In this document: positions 16,290 through 30,620 of the stretch, piece after piece | Layout of the letters: each line of letters opens with the position of its first letter | Position numbering within the stretch: position 1 is the first letter of the stretch | Assembly: GCF_009914755.1 (NCBI RefSeq) | Contig: NC_060938.1 | Source of the DNA: the human T2T-CHM13v2.0 reference genome, Homo sapiens | Reading direction: 5' to 3' (one strand) | Length of the DNA: 64,000 nt | The notes under the pieces: model-generated | Seen by the model: only the letters and a program-made list of their open reading frames with translations | Databases searched by the model: none | What the model was told of the DNA's origin: nothing | Position numbers and translations under genes: made by a program

Positions 16290-16782
16290 TATTTTTCATC
16301 AGGTTTACTATAATACCATAAAACTTGAGTGACACCATCAGACCTATATGAAGTGCCACTAGTGATGCTGGAAGTGCTCCCAATAAGCAGGGGAAAGTCA
16401 TGACATGATAAATTTGAATTGCTTGATATCTGAGTAGCTTGAGGTCTGCAGCTGTGGTTGCTCACCATTTCAGACAGATGACTAATCTTGTAAACAGATG
16501 ACATAAATTTGCATTATTGACAAATACAATACTGTAAATTTATTTTTCTTCTCTCTCCTAATATTTTCTTTTCTCTAGCTTACTTTTTTGTAAGAATACA
16601 GTATATAATACATATAACATCCAAAATATGTGTTCATTGACAGTTTATGTTATTGGTAAGGTTTCTGATCAACAGTAAGTTATTAGTAGTTAAGTTTGGG
16701 GAGTGTGAAAAGTTAAACACGAATTTTCAATTGTACAGAGGTTGGCTCCCCTAACCCCTGTGTTGTCCAAGGGTCAATTGTA
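16290..16782 (+). mobile_element. Tigger2-like DNA transposon fragment
   Basis: gccactagtgatgctggaagtgctccc, and 3' end ..cccctaacccctgtgttgtccaagggtcaattgTA. Confidence 0.7.
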
Positions 16783-16904
16783 GTTATTTAAGATGAAACC
16801 TTTGGGTGGAAGGTACACAGGACCTGTATATAATCTTTGTAAATTTCTCTGTTTCTATTATTATTTCAAAATTAAAACTTAAGAAAAAAATTCAGTAAAT
16901 GTAA

Positions 16905-17230
<326 letters not shown>

Positions 17231-17378
17231 TGCTTTTTCTGTTTTTTGATAAAACTATGTTATCGTTTGAAATAAGATGCCTAGGAGATTCAGGCAGTTT
17301 TTTTTTTTTTTTTTTTAAATACCACATGATAGCTCCTTTAAAACTGTGTGAGGTATTTTTAGTTCTCATTTGCTTTAA

Positions 17379-17579
<201 letters not shown>

Positions 17580-17723
17580 TAAATAGTGATTATGTAGATT
17601 TTTAAAGTGTTATACATTTGCATCCTAGAAGTGATTTTTTTTTTCTTTTCAATGCTATGTAATGGAAAGTAACTAAGAGCTCATTACTCTTTAAACATGT
17701 GTCTCTGTGTTCTTTTTGTTTAG

Positions 17724-17810
17724 ACAATTACTTACTTCTACAGCCATTTTGCACAAAAGCTCAGTTTTTAAATGGAAAAGCAAAACAGGACATGACGGAA
17801 AAGCTTGCTG
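17724..17810 (+). CDS. TOGARAM1: TOGARAM1 penultimate coding exon (DNYLLLQPFCTKAQFLNGKAKQDMTEKLA)
   Basis: tttgtttAG acceptor and CTG|GTAAAT donor. 87 nt, phase 1 to 1, open frame; too short for the ORF track. Confidence 0.9.
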
Positions 17811-18036
17811 GTAAATACTTTGTAATTTCTAAAGAAATATTTTATTAACTAAGGATAAACTGATAAACTGTTTCAATTTAATTTTAGGATAGCTACCAAC
17901 TTAATATAGCTACCCACAAAGTAGAAATAAATTGTGTAATGATCCACAAGAGAACCTTTTAAGACTTTTACCCCATACATTATTGTCAAAAGAATTTTAT
18001 CCTTTTTTTTCCAGTAAATGTTCAGTCCCCTATTAG

Positions 18037-18904
18037 TGTAGCCAAATGCAGTGCAGGTTCAGCCAGTCACCACTTGGAAAATTGAGTAACAAGGATGAGG
18101 TGCAGTGGAAGGAAAGTGACTTTATTTTCCAAAGTTAGCAGTTGGCAGGTGGTTCAGGCTCCTGCCTTAACAAAACTGCTTCAAAATTCTCAGGCAAAAT
18201 GCTAGGGTTTAAGAAGGAGCAGGTTTGCATAGAGGACATGCAGTGGGCCAGGCAGTACAGTTCTACATGATTTGTTCCTATGACTTATCTTGAGTTATTG
18301 CCCCATATGGTGAATGGTCCAGTGCTGTCTCAGGCCGGACTGGGTTGTAAATTAGCACCACAGCCTTGAAGTAATCTCCTGGTTAGAGAGAATTCCATAG
18401 ATATCTGAATTGTCTCAAGACGGAGTCTCTGGAACTTTTTTTTTTTTTTAATGTTTGAGACAGAGTCTCGCTCTGTTGCCTAGGCTGGAGTGCAGTGGCG
18501 CAATATCGGCTAATTGCAACCTCCGCCTCCTGGGTTCAAGTGATTCCTGCCTCAGCCTCCTGAGTAGCTGGGACTACAGGTGCCTGCTACCACGCCTGGC
18601 TAGTTTTTTTATTTTTAGTAGAGATGGGGCTTCACCATGTTGGCCAGGCTGGTCTTGAACTTCTGACCTCAAGTGATCCACCCACCTCGGCCTCTCAAAG
18701 TGCTAGAATTTCAGGCGTGAGCCACTGCACCCAGCCCAGTCTCTGGAACTTCTAAGCAAACATAATTAGATAGGTTAGCAATGCAAAGGAGTATCTAGTA
18801 GAAAGAAGGAAAGCAAAATTTATTATTTCATTAGTAAAACGTGAATACAAAGGGCCATAAAAGGAGAAGAAAAAAAGCCCTTAAAAATAGGGTACTTGGT
18901 TACA
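18037..18904 (-). mobile_element. ERV1-class solo LTR (family not assigned) interrupted by an Alu (~18438-18737)
   Basis: TG...CA termini with 4-bp TSD TTAG (18033-18036, 18905-18908); minus-strand AATAAA at 18121-18126; Alu TSD AGTCTCTGGAACTT. Confidence 0.7.
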
Positions 18905-19307
18905 TTAGTAGAAATAATACGGGAAAAGTAAAAAGACATTAAAATCAAATTTTGGTTCTTACAGAAAACTGCTATTTCAAAGTCATGTTTGATAAAAGGT
19001 CCATGGGTTAAAACTGTGTACATTTTTGTTTCACTACATTTGGAAAACATCGAGATGAATTTGGGTTCATTTTCTCTCCTTACCACTTTTGCATGAACTA
19101 ATTGTTCTATATGGGATTCTAATACCATATTTGAAGATCCCAATCTTTGAGAGAAAGGTTTCTTACATTGCTTCTTTTAAGAAGCCTAACTTTTTAGGAC
19201 AAATTACATAAGGAAGAAGCTTAGTATATTTTAGTTGCTTTTTATTTAGCAGAGCTTGGGCTTATTTATTAAGAAAAAACCCTGTTTTTTATATTTTTAT
19301 GTTTCAG

Positions 19308-19573
19308 ATATTGTTACGGAACTTTATCAAAGGAAGCCGCATGCCACAGAGCAGAAAGTGTTGGTTGTTTTATGGCATCTCTTAGGAAATATGACAAATA
19401 GTGGCTCTCTGCCTGGAGCTGGAGGAAATATACGAACAGCCACAGCTAAATTATCAAAAGCACTCTTTGCACAGATGGGTCAGAATCTGTTAAATCAGGC
19501 TGCATCTCAACCACCACATATCAAAAAGAGTTTGGAGGAATTACTCGATATGACAATTTTAAATGAATTATGA
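19308..19573 (+). CDS. TOGARAM1: TOGARAM1 terminal coding exon (DIVTELYQRKPH...LLDMTILNEL*)
   Basis: gtttcAG acceptor, phase 1, TGA at 19571-19573. C-terminus recognised as FAM179B/TOGARAM1. Confidence 0.92.
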
Positions 19574-20445
19574 ATCTTCGATAAAATACTGTATGATGAA
19601 CAAAAGTGTTTACATGATGACAAATGGAACTTTCTAAAAGTTATGTTATCAGTGCCTGCACTTCACATCCAGCAAATTAAGTCAATGGCTATTTTTATTT
19701 GCAGCCTATGAGTACACATCTGTCCTATATCAACCTTACCACTTATATTCATCACATAAAAACCTAAAATATTCATGAATAATTCATGAAATCTGAGTCA
19801 CATGGGATGAATTCAATTTTAATATTTTTGAGAAAAGTCCTGCTCATTTGCACTATTCTATAGAAACTACAATTTGTTGCCCTATATGTAAAATTAGAAT
19901 TGTAATTAAAAATACACATTTTATTATGTAATCATGTTCTGGTATGTCTCATTTCTCAGCCTTATTTTATAACGTGGAAGTCATTGAACTATGTTATCAG
20001 AAACTAAGTTTGTATATTATTTGTGAAAAACATGTATTTCTGAATCAGTCCGCTAATATGATTGTGCAGTATTAGCTTGCTTTTGCTGCTGTGTTAATGT
20101 CATATATTTGCTTACCTTTTGGGTTCAATTATCTACATAATTGTGAAATTTAACAAGTTATAATAAAGCATGACAACCAAAGTTTTAGAAAACATTAAAC
20201 ATTTTAAATGCACGTTTAAAAAACGTGTTGAATGTAACCCCCCTATTTTTGTGTGCAAACACTAAATTTTATTGCTTTATGTTTTGACCTTTATAAAGGT
20301 GTTATTCTGCTGCCCAGTTTTGTAATTCTCAAAAATAGTGCCAGGTCTTCTATAGCTTTTTTCAGAATTCATGGGCTTACAAGTACTGTATGCATCTTTA
20401 AAAAGAAAAGGAATGTTATAAAATAAAAGGATTTATTTCTTTAGA
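19574..20445 (+). other. TOGARAM1: TOGARAM1 3' UTR (AU-rich, no obvious interspersed repeats); end approximate
   Basis: Follows the stop codon; AATAAA at 20162-20167 and 20422-20427. Confidence 0.8.
20422..20427 (+). terminator. Distal poly(A) signal of TOGARAM1
   Basis: AATAAA followed ~20 nt later by GU/U-rich sequence (gatgtgtgagaggtgtcctgttttt). Confidence 0.75.
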
Positions 20446-20603
20446 TGTGTGAGAGGTGTCCTGTTTTTCCAACTTCCATACATGTTAAAATGGAAAAAAA
20501 TATATATATATATATACAGTAGTATCGACCTATCACTTTCACTTGATCTACTTATTATGATACTGACCTATCACTATTGACCTACAAATAGACGTGGGTT
20601 ATC

Positions 20604-20748
20604 ATTCTAACTTTGTAGGAAATTAGCTGTCTGACCTCGGACAAGTCACTTACCAGGTCTGGGCCTCAGTTTCCTCATGTCTAAAATGTAAGAGCTAGAC
20701 TAGAAGATTTTAAAGGTCCTATCCTGTTCTAAAATTCTATAATTCTAT
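20604..20748 (+). mobile_element. MIR/MIR3
   Basis: Core ctgacctcggacaagtcactt..ctgggcctcagtttcctcat. Confidence 0.75.
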
Positions 20749-20835
20749 GTTCATTCTTTTGTACTTCTGAGTCACTGACCAGTTTTCTAATGTATTTGGC
20801 TGTTTTTAAAATTGTGATTTAAAAAAATTTATCCT

Positions 20836-21428
<593 letters not shown>

Positions 21429-21679
21429 TTATCCTTAGCTTCTGAGAAAAAAAAAAAAAGGGTAAGGGGGTTGCTTCTATTTCAAGCTAAGCTAAAATAA
21501 GAGTAAAGAATTGGCTACTTTTTCTATTTATATAAACTTTTATATAATTATATACTTTTAAAATACCTTATATTTTCTTCTAAGTGTATTTTATTACAGT
21601 CCTCTAGTTTGGTGTACTTTATGTATAGGGCCATAGAGTAAATATTTTCGGATTTGTAAGCCCGTATTTTATTTATGTA

Positions 21680-21983
<304 letters not shown>

Positions 21984-23234
21984 TAAAAAATGTAAAAAAA
22001 TATTCTTAGCTCAGGTCATAGAAAAATAGGCCTCTGTTAGACTCATTTGATCTCAGTTGTAAACTCTGAAATCATTACATTTTGCTTCAACCCTACTTGA
22101 TATGCATCATTGATACAATAGTTACAGATTTTAAGTTTTATTAATTATGACTTCTGCCTTTGTATCACTGCACTTGTGCTAGCTAAATTTGCATCAATAG
22201 ATTGTTAGATATATTGAAGGTAGATTTTACATTTTAAAGGATAAAGAAGACCATTACTTCATGTATAAGCCTAATTCCTTAGTTTGAATTTTGCACTGAA
22301 AAGTACAATATTCTGATCAGTCTAGGGAGAAAAAAATACAGTAAATATAATCAATAATGTGGCAACTTTATTTTACATAATATGTGAGCTACCTTTTATT
22401 ATAAAGAAAATAGCCATTAATGTAACAAAAGAGTCTCAAGCCTAAAGAGTTTCTGTATTTTAGTAACTGCTTGATAATTGAGCACTCAGAAGTCTAGCAC
22501 TCTTATCGAGAACCATTATCAACCCAGAGGTCAACAAAGAAACAGACTGATCACTGATTGAAATAACTAAAGAAAAGCTGAAGTCCCGAATAAACAAACG
22601 CATTTACTTGGAATAAAGGAATGTCGTTTACTAGCAATGGTAATGATAAAAGCCTAACGTCACCCACCAATGCAACAACAAAAAATGTTAAATGATGTAT
22701 TTACCCAATGGAATGCATATCATATAGTCATTAAAAACGATGCCAAATACATGTTAAAGGAAAAATGTGACTACAAAATAAGTACAGTGTCTCCATTAAT
22801 ATATGTGCACTTAGAAAACAGAAGTAGTAGTATATATATACCAACATCTTAATGGTGGTAATCTGTGGGCAGTGAAGTTATTTTAATTTTTTTCAATGTA
22901 CTCTTCTGTAATTTCTATTTTTTCAGAAATGAACAAGACATATTGCTTATAGTAAAATTTAAATTACAATAAGTGAAGAGAATCTGAAGAGAATCTGAAA
23001 AGTAATTTGGAGAGGAAAAAATATATAGCAAAGAAGAGAGCAGTGAACATCACAAAAGTGCTAAGGGAGGTACACAGTGATGTGACTCAAAGGGAGATGA
23101 CCGAGGGAGGCAAGTATTATTCAGATAAAAAGCATAAGACTTTGATTCAGAAAGCATGAATTTGGAAACCCAGTTTTATAATTACCTGCTAAACCTTACA
23201 TACATCCTGGGATTATTGTGAAGTCCAAAATTTA

Positions 23235-23579
<345 letters not shown>

Positions 23580-23634
23580 CTATATAAAGGTAACATTCCC
23601 AACAGAAGGAAGACCCAACTGGCATGAGCAAAAA

Positions 23635-24625
23635 GGAATTATTTTATTGTGTATATTTATGAGGTACAACTTAATGTTTTTATACATTGTGGATCATAAA
23701 GTTAATTAACATATCCATCACCTTACAGACCTAACTTTTTTTTTGTGGTGATCACATTAAAATCCACTCTCATAGCAATTTTCAAATACACATTATTATA
23801 AACTATAGTCATCTTGTTATACAGTAGGTTCTGAAAACCTTTATTTTATTTTTCCTCTTTATTTTATTTTTAAATTATTTTTTGAGACAGAGTCTCACTC
23901 TGTCACCCAGGCTGGAGTGCAGTGGTGCAATCTCGGCTCACTGCAACCTCTGCCTCTGGGTTCAAGCGATTCTCTTGCCTCAGCCTCCCAAGTAGCTGGG
24001 ACTACAGGCAAGTGCCACCACACCTGGCTAACTTTTTGTATTTTTAGTAGAGATGGGGTTTCACCACGTTGGCCAGGCTGGTCTCGAACTCCTGACCTCA
24101 GGTGATCTGCCCAACTCAGCCTCCCGAATTGCTGAGATTAGAGGCGTGAGCTACCATGCCTGGGCTTCTTTTTTTTATTTTTAAAAATAGTCTTAGAGAT
24201 GGGATCTTGCTATGTTGCTCAGGTTGGACTTGAACCCTTGGGCTCAAGGGATCCTCCCACCTCAGCCTACCAAAACTGCTGAGATTACAGGCATGATCCA
24301 CCTTGCCCGGCCATAATTCTTCCTTTCTAAATGAAACTTTGGACCCTTTACCCATCCTTTTTTCCACTTCCCCACCCCAAGCCTGCCAGCTCCTGCAAAC
24401 CACCATCCTATTTTCTACTTCTTGGAGTTCAACTTTCTTAGATTCCACATGTAAGTGAGATCATGTATTATTTTTCTTTCTGTGCCTGGCTTATTTCACT
24501 TAACATAATGTCCTCCAGGTTTATTCATGTTGTTGCAAATGATGGGATTTCCTTTTTTAAGACTAGTATTTCACAGTGTCTATATACGGCATTTTCTTTA
24601 TTCATTCATCCACTGATGAACACTT
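23635..24625 (-). mobile_element. L1MA 3'-end fragment with nested Alu (23865-24165) and Alu monomer (24170-24312)
   Basis: L1M 3' UTR-like ttagattccacatgtaagtgagatcatg...; ORF 24116..24448 begins L1M-like (MESKKVELQEVENRMVV). Confidence 0.75.
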
Positions 24626-26265
24626 GATCAAGACTTTGAGGCACTCATCTCTATGATTCCCTCAAGGAATTGTGTTGCCTTTTGTTTCATATTTTCATAA
24701 GAGATATTTGATAAGAAAGGTTCCCTAAGTTTTATTATAGCTTCTAAGGCTGTTGTATCAGTTGGAATGCTTTTGACTGAATAGCAAACCAAACTAACAG
24801 TAGCTTAAACCAATTGGTATGTTATTTGTCTCATACTACAAGAAGTGTAAAAGCACTGGCTAAGCATTATGCCAATGGCTTGATGATATCAGAGCTGATT
24901 ATAAGACGGCAGCTTCCTCTCCAAATATCATAATTGTGCTTCAGACAGAAAAAAAAAGTAAAATGGATAACAAGCACAGGTATTTCTCTAGTGAGGCTTC
25001 GCTTTTTTATTTAGGAAAGAAGGCCCTTCCTATGTACTTCTACCTACATCTCATTGGCCACCCTTAGGTTCAAAGGAGGCTAGGAAATTGAGTATTTCGT
25101 TTCCCAGTCTCAATAGTACAGGAAGATAATAGAGAAGATAGTGGGCATGGATATTTCTAAGCTGACCTACAACATCTGCCATATTCCATAAGCCCCACTC
25201 TGATGAAACACAGTGGCATTCTATGCCCCAGGAATTGGTATTAATTCAGGTCCAATGTTTAATAAATTCCAAGAAGCCAGCATGTTTTCTGTTTCCTGGT
25301 GTGAAGTTACCCTAATAAGTAGCCATAAGTCTCTGAGGGAATAAGAGGAATGTGCAGAGTGGTATTACTATGGCGCTCTTCTTTAAGGTTATCCGGAAAC
25401 AGGAGTAACAATGATAACTCTCAGGAAGACTGAATTGAGGAGATATTAATACCATTTGAACTAAATATGAAAGACCAAATAGTAAAGAGGAAACAAGCTT
25501 CATGTTGTGTTTGGATTTAAATCTCCTGGAGCTACAGTTTTAACTTTACTTGCTTTACCAGTAAGGAGAAACACTAAATACAGGAGTCTGAATGTTTCCA
25601 ACAGAAGAGTCACCACAATTTATTTAGTGATGGATTATTTATAATGTAAACAAAGTTCATTCCCTAGAGCAATATATTCTGTAAATTAAATGATCCACAA
25701 AGTATTTTACGCACTTTTTCATGGCATGTTAACGTTTTGAAGAGAATAAACAGGAATCATACTGAACAGCTCAGAAATTGTGATTAACACTGGGTATCAC
25801 AAGATACATTTTGCTCTTATATCAATCAGGACCCAGAAGGAAATAGACAGCAAATCAAAATCGGCATAATTTGGGAAGTGGTTAATAAGGGAGTATTTAT
25901 AAAGGCATGGCTTAGGGAAACCTGGAACCTAGAATGAAGTTATATTGAGAGGGTTACCTTCATCAGAGCTGAGATCACCCACATGGAGGGAGCTGGAGGA
26001 ATAAATACCCTGACCTCACTCCTCAATTCCACTCTGCCAGGACTTTTTCTTGGCCATACTCAACCAGAAACCAGGAAGCAAGAGAACCTATTGATACGGT
26101 CTATAAGGGTCAATCTCCAAATAATGGAGCAGGGTGGATGATCTGTTGATCTGGAGGGGCAAATGGAAGAACTGCATTAATAAATAATATCATTTCCCAT
26201 TTGTCTGACTTCTTTGTTCTGTTTCTGAGATCACATGACTTTAAATATTGTTTTTTAGAACCCAC

Positions 26266-27686
26266 TGAGAGGTGACAGCGTGCTGGCAGTCCTCACAGCC
26301 CTCGCTCGCTCTCGGCGCCTCCTCTGCCTGGGCTCCCACTTTGGCGGCACTTGAGGAGCCCTTCAGCCCACCGCTGCACTGTGGGAGCCCCTTTCTGGAC
26401 TGGCCAAGGCCGGAGCCGGCTCTCTCAGCTTGCAGGGAGGTGCAGAGGGAGAGGAGCCAGCGGGAAGCGGGGCTGCGCCCGGCGCTTGCGGGCCAGCTGG
26501 AGTTCCGGGTGGGCGTGGGCTTGGCGGGCCCCGCACTCGGAGCAGCCGACCGGCCCTGCCGGCCCCGGGCAATGAGGGGCTTAGCACCTGGGCCAGCGGC
26601 TGCGGAGGGTGTACTGGGTTCCCCAGCAGTGCCAGCCCACCGGCGCTGCGCTCGATTTCTCGCCGGGCCTTAGCTGCCTTCCCTCGGGGCAGGGCTCAGG
26701 ACCTGCAGCCCGCCATGCCTGAGCCTCCCACCCCCTTCCTGGGCTCCTGTGCGGCCGAGCCTCCCAGATGAGCGACGCCCCCTGCTCCACGGCGCCCAGT
26801 CCCATCGACCACCCGTCGGCTGAGGAGTGCGGGCGCAGGGCGCGGGACTGGCGGGCAGCTCCACCTGCAGCCCCAGAGCGGGATCCACTGGGTGAAGCCA
26901 GCTGGGCTCCTGAGTCTGGTGGGAACTTGGAGAACCTTTATGTCTAGCTCAGGGATTGTAAATACACCAATCAGCACTCTGTGTCTAGCTCAGGGTTTGT
27001 GAATGCACCAATCGACACTCTGTATCTAGCTACTCTGGTGGGGCCTTGGAGAACCTTTATGTCTAGCTCAGGGATTGTAAATACACCAATCGGCACTCTG
27101 TATCTAGCTCAAGGTTTGTAAACACACCAATCAGCACCCTGTGTCTAACTCAGGGTTTGTGAATGCACCAGTCGACACTCTGTATCTAGCTACTCTGGTG
27201 GGGACTTGGAGAAGAACCTTTGTGTCCACACTCTGTATCTCGCTAATCTAGTGGGGAGGTGGAGAACCTTTGTGTCTAGCTCAGGGATTGTAAACACACC
27301 AATAAGTGCCCTGTCAAAACAGACCACTTGGCTCTACCAATCAGCAGGATGTGGGTGTGGCCAGATAAGAGAATAAAAAGCAGGTCGCCTGGGCCAGTAG
27401 TGGCAACCTGATTGGGTCCCCTTCCACACTGTGGAAGCTTTGTTCTTTTGCTCTTTGCAATAAATCTTGCTACTGCTCACTCTTTGGGTCCACACTGCTT
27501 TTATGAGCTGTAATACTCACTGCAAAGGTGTGCAGCCTCACTCCTGAAGCCAGCGAGACCACGGGCCCACCGGGAGGAATGAACAAGTCCAGACACGCCA
27601 CCTTAAGAGCTGCAACACTCACCGCGAGGGTCCGCGGCTTCATTCTTGAAGTCAGTGAGACCAAGAACCCACCAATTCTGGACACA
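26266..27686 (+). mobile_element. Full-length solo LTR12 (LTR12C-type, HERV9)
   Basis: TGAGAGGTGACAGCGTGCTGG...CCAATTCTGGACACA termini with 4-bp TSD CCAC (26262-26265, 27687-27690). CpG-rich 5' part, ~40-bp CCAAT-containing repeats, AATAAA-like TATA at 27372. Confidence 0.93.
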
Positions 27687-27788
27687 CCACTACCCTCTAA
27701 ACTACATTATTTGGTATAATATCTTTTTTCTTCCCAAAGTTTATAATTGTGATACACAATTTTAAAAAAGTCAACTAAGGGTAAATCA

Positions 27789-28105
<317 letters not shown>

Positions 28106-29189
28106 CTAAATCAGTTTTTAAGATAATGTATGTTTCTGCCAGCGGGGATCACATTTTAGGCAAAGAGAAGAGCCCACTTAAAGGTTTCCACGCATAAAAG
28201 GGCTGTGGGAACAGTAGGTTCTGTGGAGTTACGGGGAGGCAGAAACAGTGAGAAGGCTGGCATGATTATGAAAACACCGTATTTTCCATTCTAAAAGTTT
28301 AGGATTTCTTTAAAAAAAAAAAAAAAGTGGAGGAGGAAACCAGTGGAGGTTTTTAAGCGGGGGAGTGAGAGCAATAGCACCGGCTTGAAAGGTAAAATGT
28401 AAAAACTAGATAAAGGAAAACAACGAATCCACAGTGAATGAAGTTGAAGATGCAAGTAGATTTTTATAAAATGGCTATTTGAGTGAATGACATCTCAGAG
28501 ATAATCTTATTTACTGATAAAGAAATTGAGGCCACCTTAGAAAGACCAAAGAACCAGAAAAGGAGTGAAGGTCATGCCAAACAGTCCCTGCGTAACAGTG
28601 CCAGCAGCAAACTCTGGTCTGTCTTCCCAACGCACCACTCCCTTGACTATTCTTCCCACAGTAAACATTTAAAAGCTGCTGTTTAAACCTGTGAAACAAA
28701 CAAACAAAAAACATGGCCACACTGTCAGAGAATCCAAAAAAGTTAGCTTGGAAAGTAGAAGAGGCAAATGGAAAGGGAAAGCTACTACTAGGTGCAGTGT
28801 GATGCAAGTAAAAGGTAGGAAAAAAGACTGAATTTGGTATTTCGAACGAAAGGTGCTGGTGAGAGGATTTATGATTAACCTGCGTTGTGACAAGAAACGT
28901 CGTCTTGTAAATAAGTATTTCCAGAGGAGACAGATTTCAGATGAGGAACTTGGAGCCCAGTAGTAATACTAATGCACCTGGAACAACAGATTACATGGTA
29001 AGTGACAGGTGAATGCGGGGGCACCAATGTAACAGAATCTTAAAGGGAGAGAGGCCAGATTTGAAAGAAAATTTTTTTTTATTAAAGTGGAGATGGTGGT
29101 ACAACTGAAGAGGACTGCTAAGATTGTTAACGCACAGTCCCCCTCAATTTGTCCAGAGGATAACATATCCCTTCAGATACAAAGATTTT

Positions 29190-29664
29190 TTTTTTTGCTT
29201 GGCCAACTTTAGTCAGGTTTCTGAATCTTCTGCTAGGCTCTTCTGTACACTTTCTTTGTAAAATCCAGTTTAAGCAAAGAACTTTGCTAAGTCAGATTAG
29301 CAATAAACCCCCATCCTTGATAGCTGATCATCCTCAATATCTGATCAGGTTCTTCAGTCTCCACCATCCCCCAGGTGATGCCTCATTATCTTGGCTTGTC
29401 TTCAGCAAAAATCCTATTAGGTGGGTTTAGCCAAAATCCCCCTTACCCTGATGTTTCCTCTTAGTAATTATACATTCACTTACCACCGCTCCTTGGCTAT
29501 AAATCTCCACTTGCCCATGCTGTATGAGGAGTTGAGCCCAATATCTCTTTCCCTACTGCAAGTCTCCATTGCAGTCAGTGGTCCCTATACCTGTTGCGAT
29601 GGTCCTGAATAAAGCCCTCTTTTTGTGCTTTAACAAGTGTCACTAAATACTTTTTTCTTTAACA
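29190..29664 (+). mobile_element. ERV1-class LTR (MER39-like) just upstream of the PRPF39 promoter; start approximate
   Basis: TATA-like ctataaat at 29498, AATAAA at 29608, ending ..ttttctttaaCA. Confidence 0.6.
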
Positions 29665-29859
29665 ATAGCCCGTTCTCCAAACCCCTAACTCCAGAACTGT
29701 TTAGTTTTCAGGAAACCTGAGTGGGCCCAGGGTCTATACCATCGTGAGATTTGTGGGTTTAAGGCTGAATTTCTGCCCGTTTTTAGGTAAATGTTTTAGT
29801 GTGAAAGCTTGAACAATTGTAGGGAAAACCTTAGATTTGCCCCCAAAAATGACATTTTG

Positions 29860-30620
29860 CCGTTTTTGGTGGGGAGGGGTCAGGGCGCTGTGTTTAAGAT
29901 CAGGCGTGTGAAAGCCCCTAAACGCCCTCCTTTCCTTTGGGAAGTCCCTATGGAGGGAAAGGCAGGTAGGCGCAGCGGTCCCCGCCCTCGCTCGCGGCGG
30001 GGCGGGGCGGGGCTGCGGGGGCGGGGCTGGGGCCGCACGGGCAGCGAGGATCCCTGGGAGGGCCAGGCCTGCGCGCTGCGAACCCACGTGACTTTTTCGC
30101 CTCCAGGGACACTGACGCATGCGCATCGTGCCCTGGACCAGGCGGCCGTGGCGCGGGTGGCGGCTGCTGTGCTGGCTGTGGGGACGGAGGCGGTGAAGTG
30201 CCATCTTCGGCTAGGTCGTCACAGGCTCCGGCTCATGGCATCAAGTGGCATCCATCATAAGGTCTGCTGGGGCGGGCTCCTTGAAATTAGCTGGGGCAGA
30301 GGGTGGTACTTGGTACTGAAAGGGGCCTGCCGGGTTTCAGGCCGCGCTCTGGCCGCGGCCTCCCTCTCCCGCCCTGTTTGAGGCCTGGCTCGGATTCAGC
30401 GCTCAGCTGTCCATTCCTTTCTCCTTCCCACCTGTTGGGTGGAGCGGTGCAAGGTATTTTTTTCTTAGACCAAACGTTTCACTTGAGGGGTGCGTTAGGT
30501 AGGGTGGAGAAGTGTGGGCCTCCTTCGCCTGGATTTAGGAAGATATTTGGGGGTAATTCTAAAGCCCTTGCTTCTCCCGGAGCTGGAACACGGCTGGGGT
30601 GGCTGGAAGTGGAAGGAGCA
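29860..30620. promoter_or_regulatory. PRPF39: CpG-island promoter of PRPF39
   Basis: GC/CpG-rich. Tandem GGGGCGGGG boxes 29996-30032, E-box CACGTGAC 30085-30092, NRF1-like CGCATGCGCA 30116-30125, YY1-like GCCATCTT 30200-30207; no TATA box seen. Confidence 0.88.
30125..30261 (+). other. PRPF39: PRPF39 non-coding exon 1 (5' end approximate)
   Basis: Downstream of the core promoter motifs, ending at AAG|GTCTGC (weak donor). Joining to 41232 gives ...catcataag-atcgttaactgaagacaatATG. Confidence 0.75.

Noticed and set aside
20520-20590. Repeated GACCTATCACT / TGACCT motifs downstream of the TOGARAM1 poly(A) site
   Set aside because: Short and imperfect, with no supportable regulatory spacing; probably a local microduplication.
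26272-26977. Cluster of overlapping ORFs on both strands
   Set aside because: They lie wholly in the GC-rich 5' part of the LTR12 element.
26930-27345. ~40-bp repeat array superficially like a CRISPR array
   Set aside because: These are the tandem CCAAT-containing subrepeats of LTR12 U3; no unique spacers or cas genes, and the context is eukaryotic.
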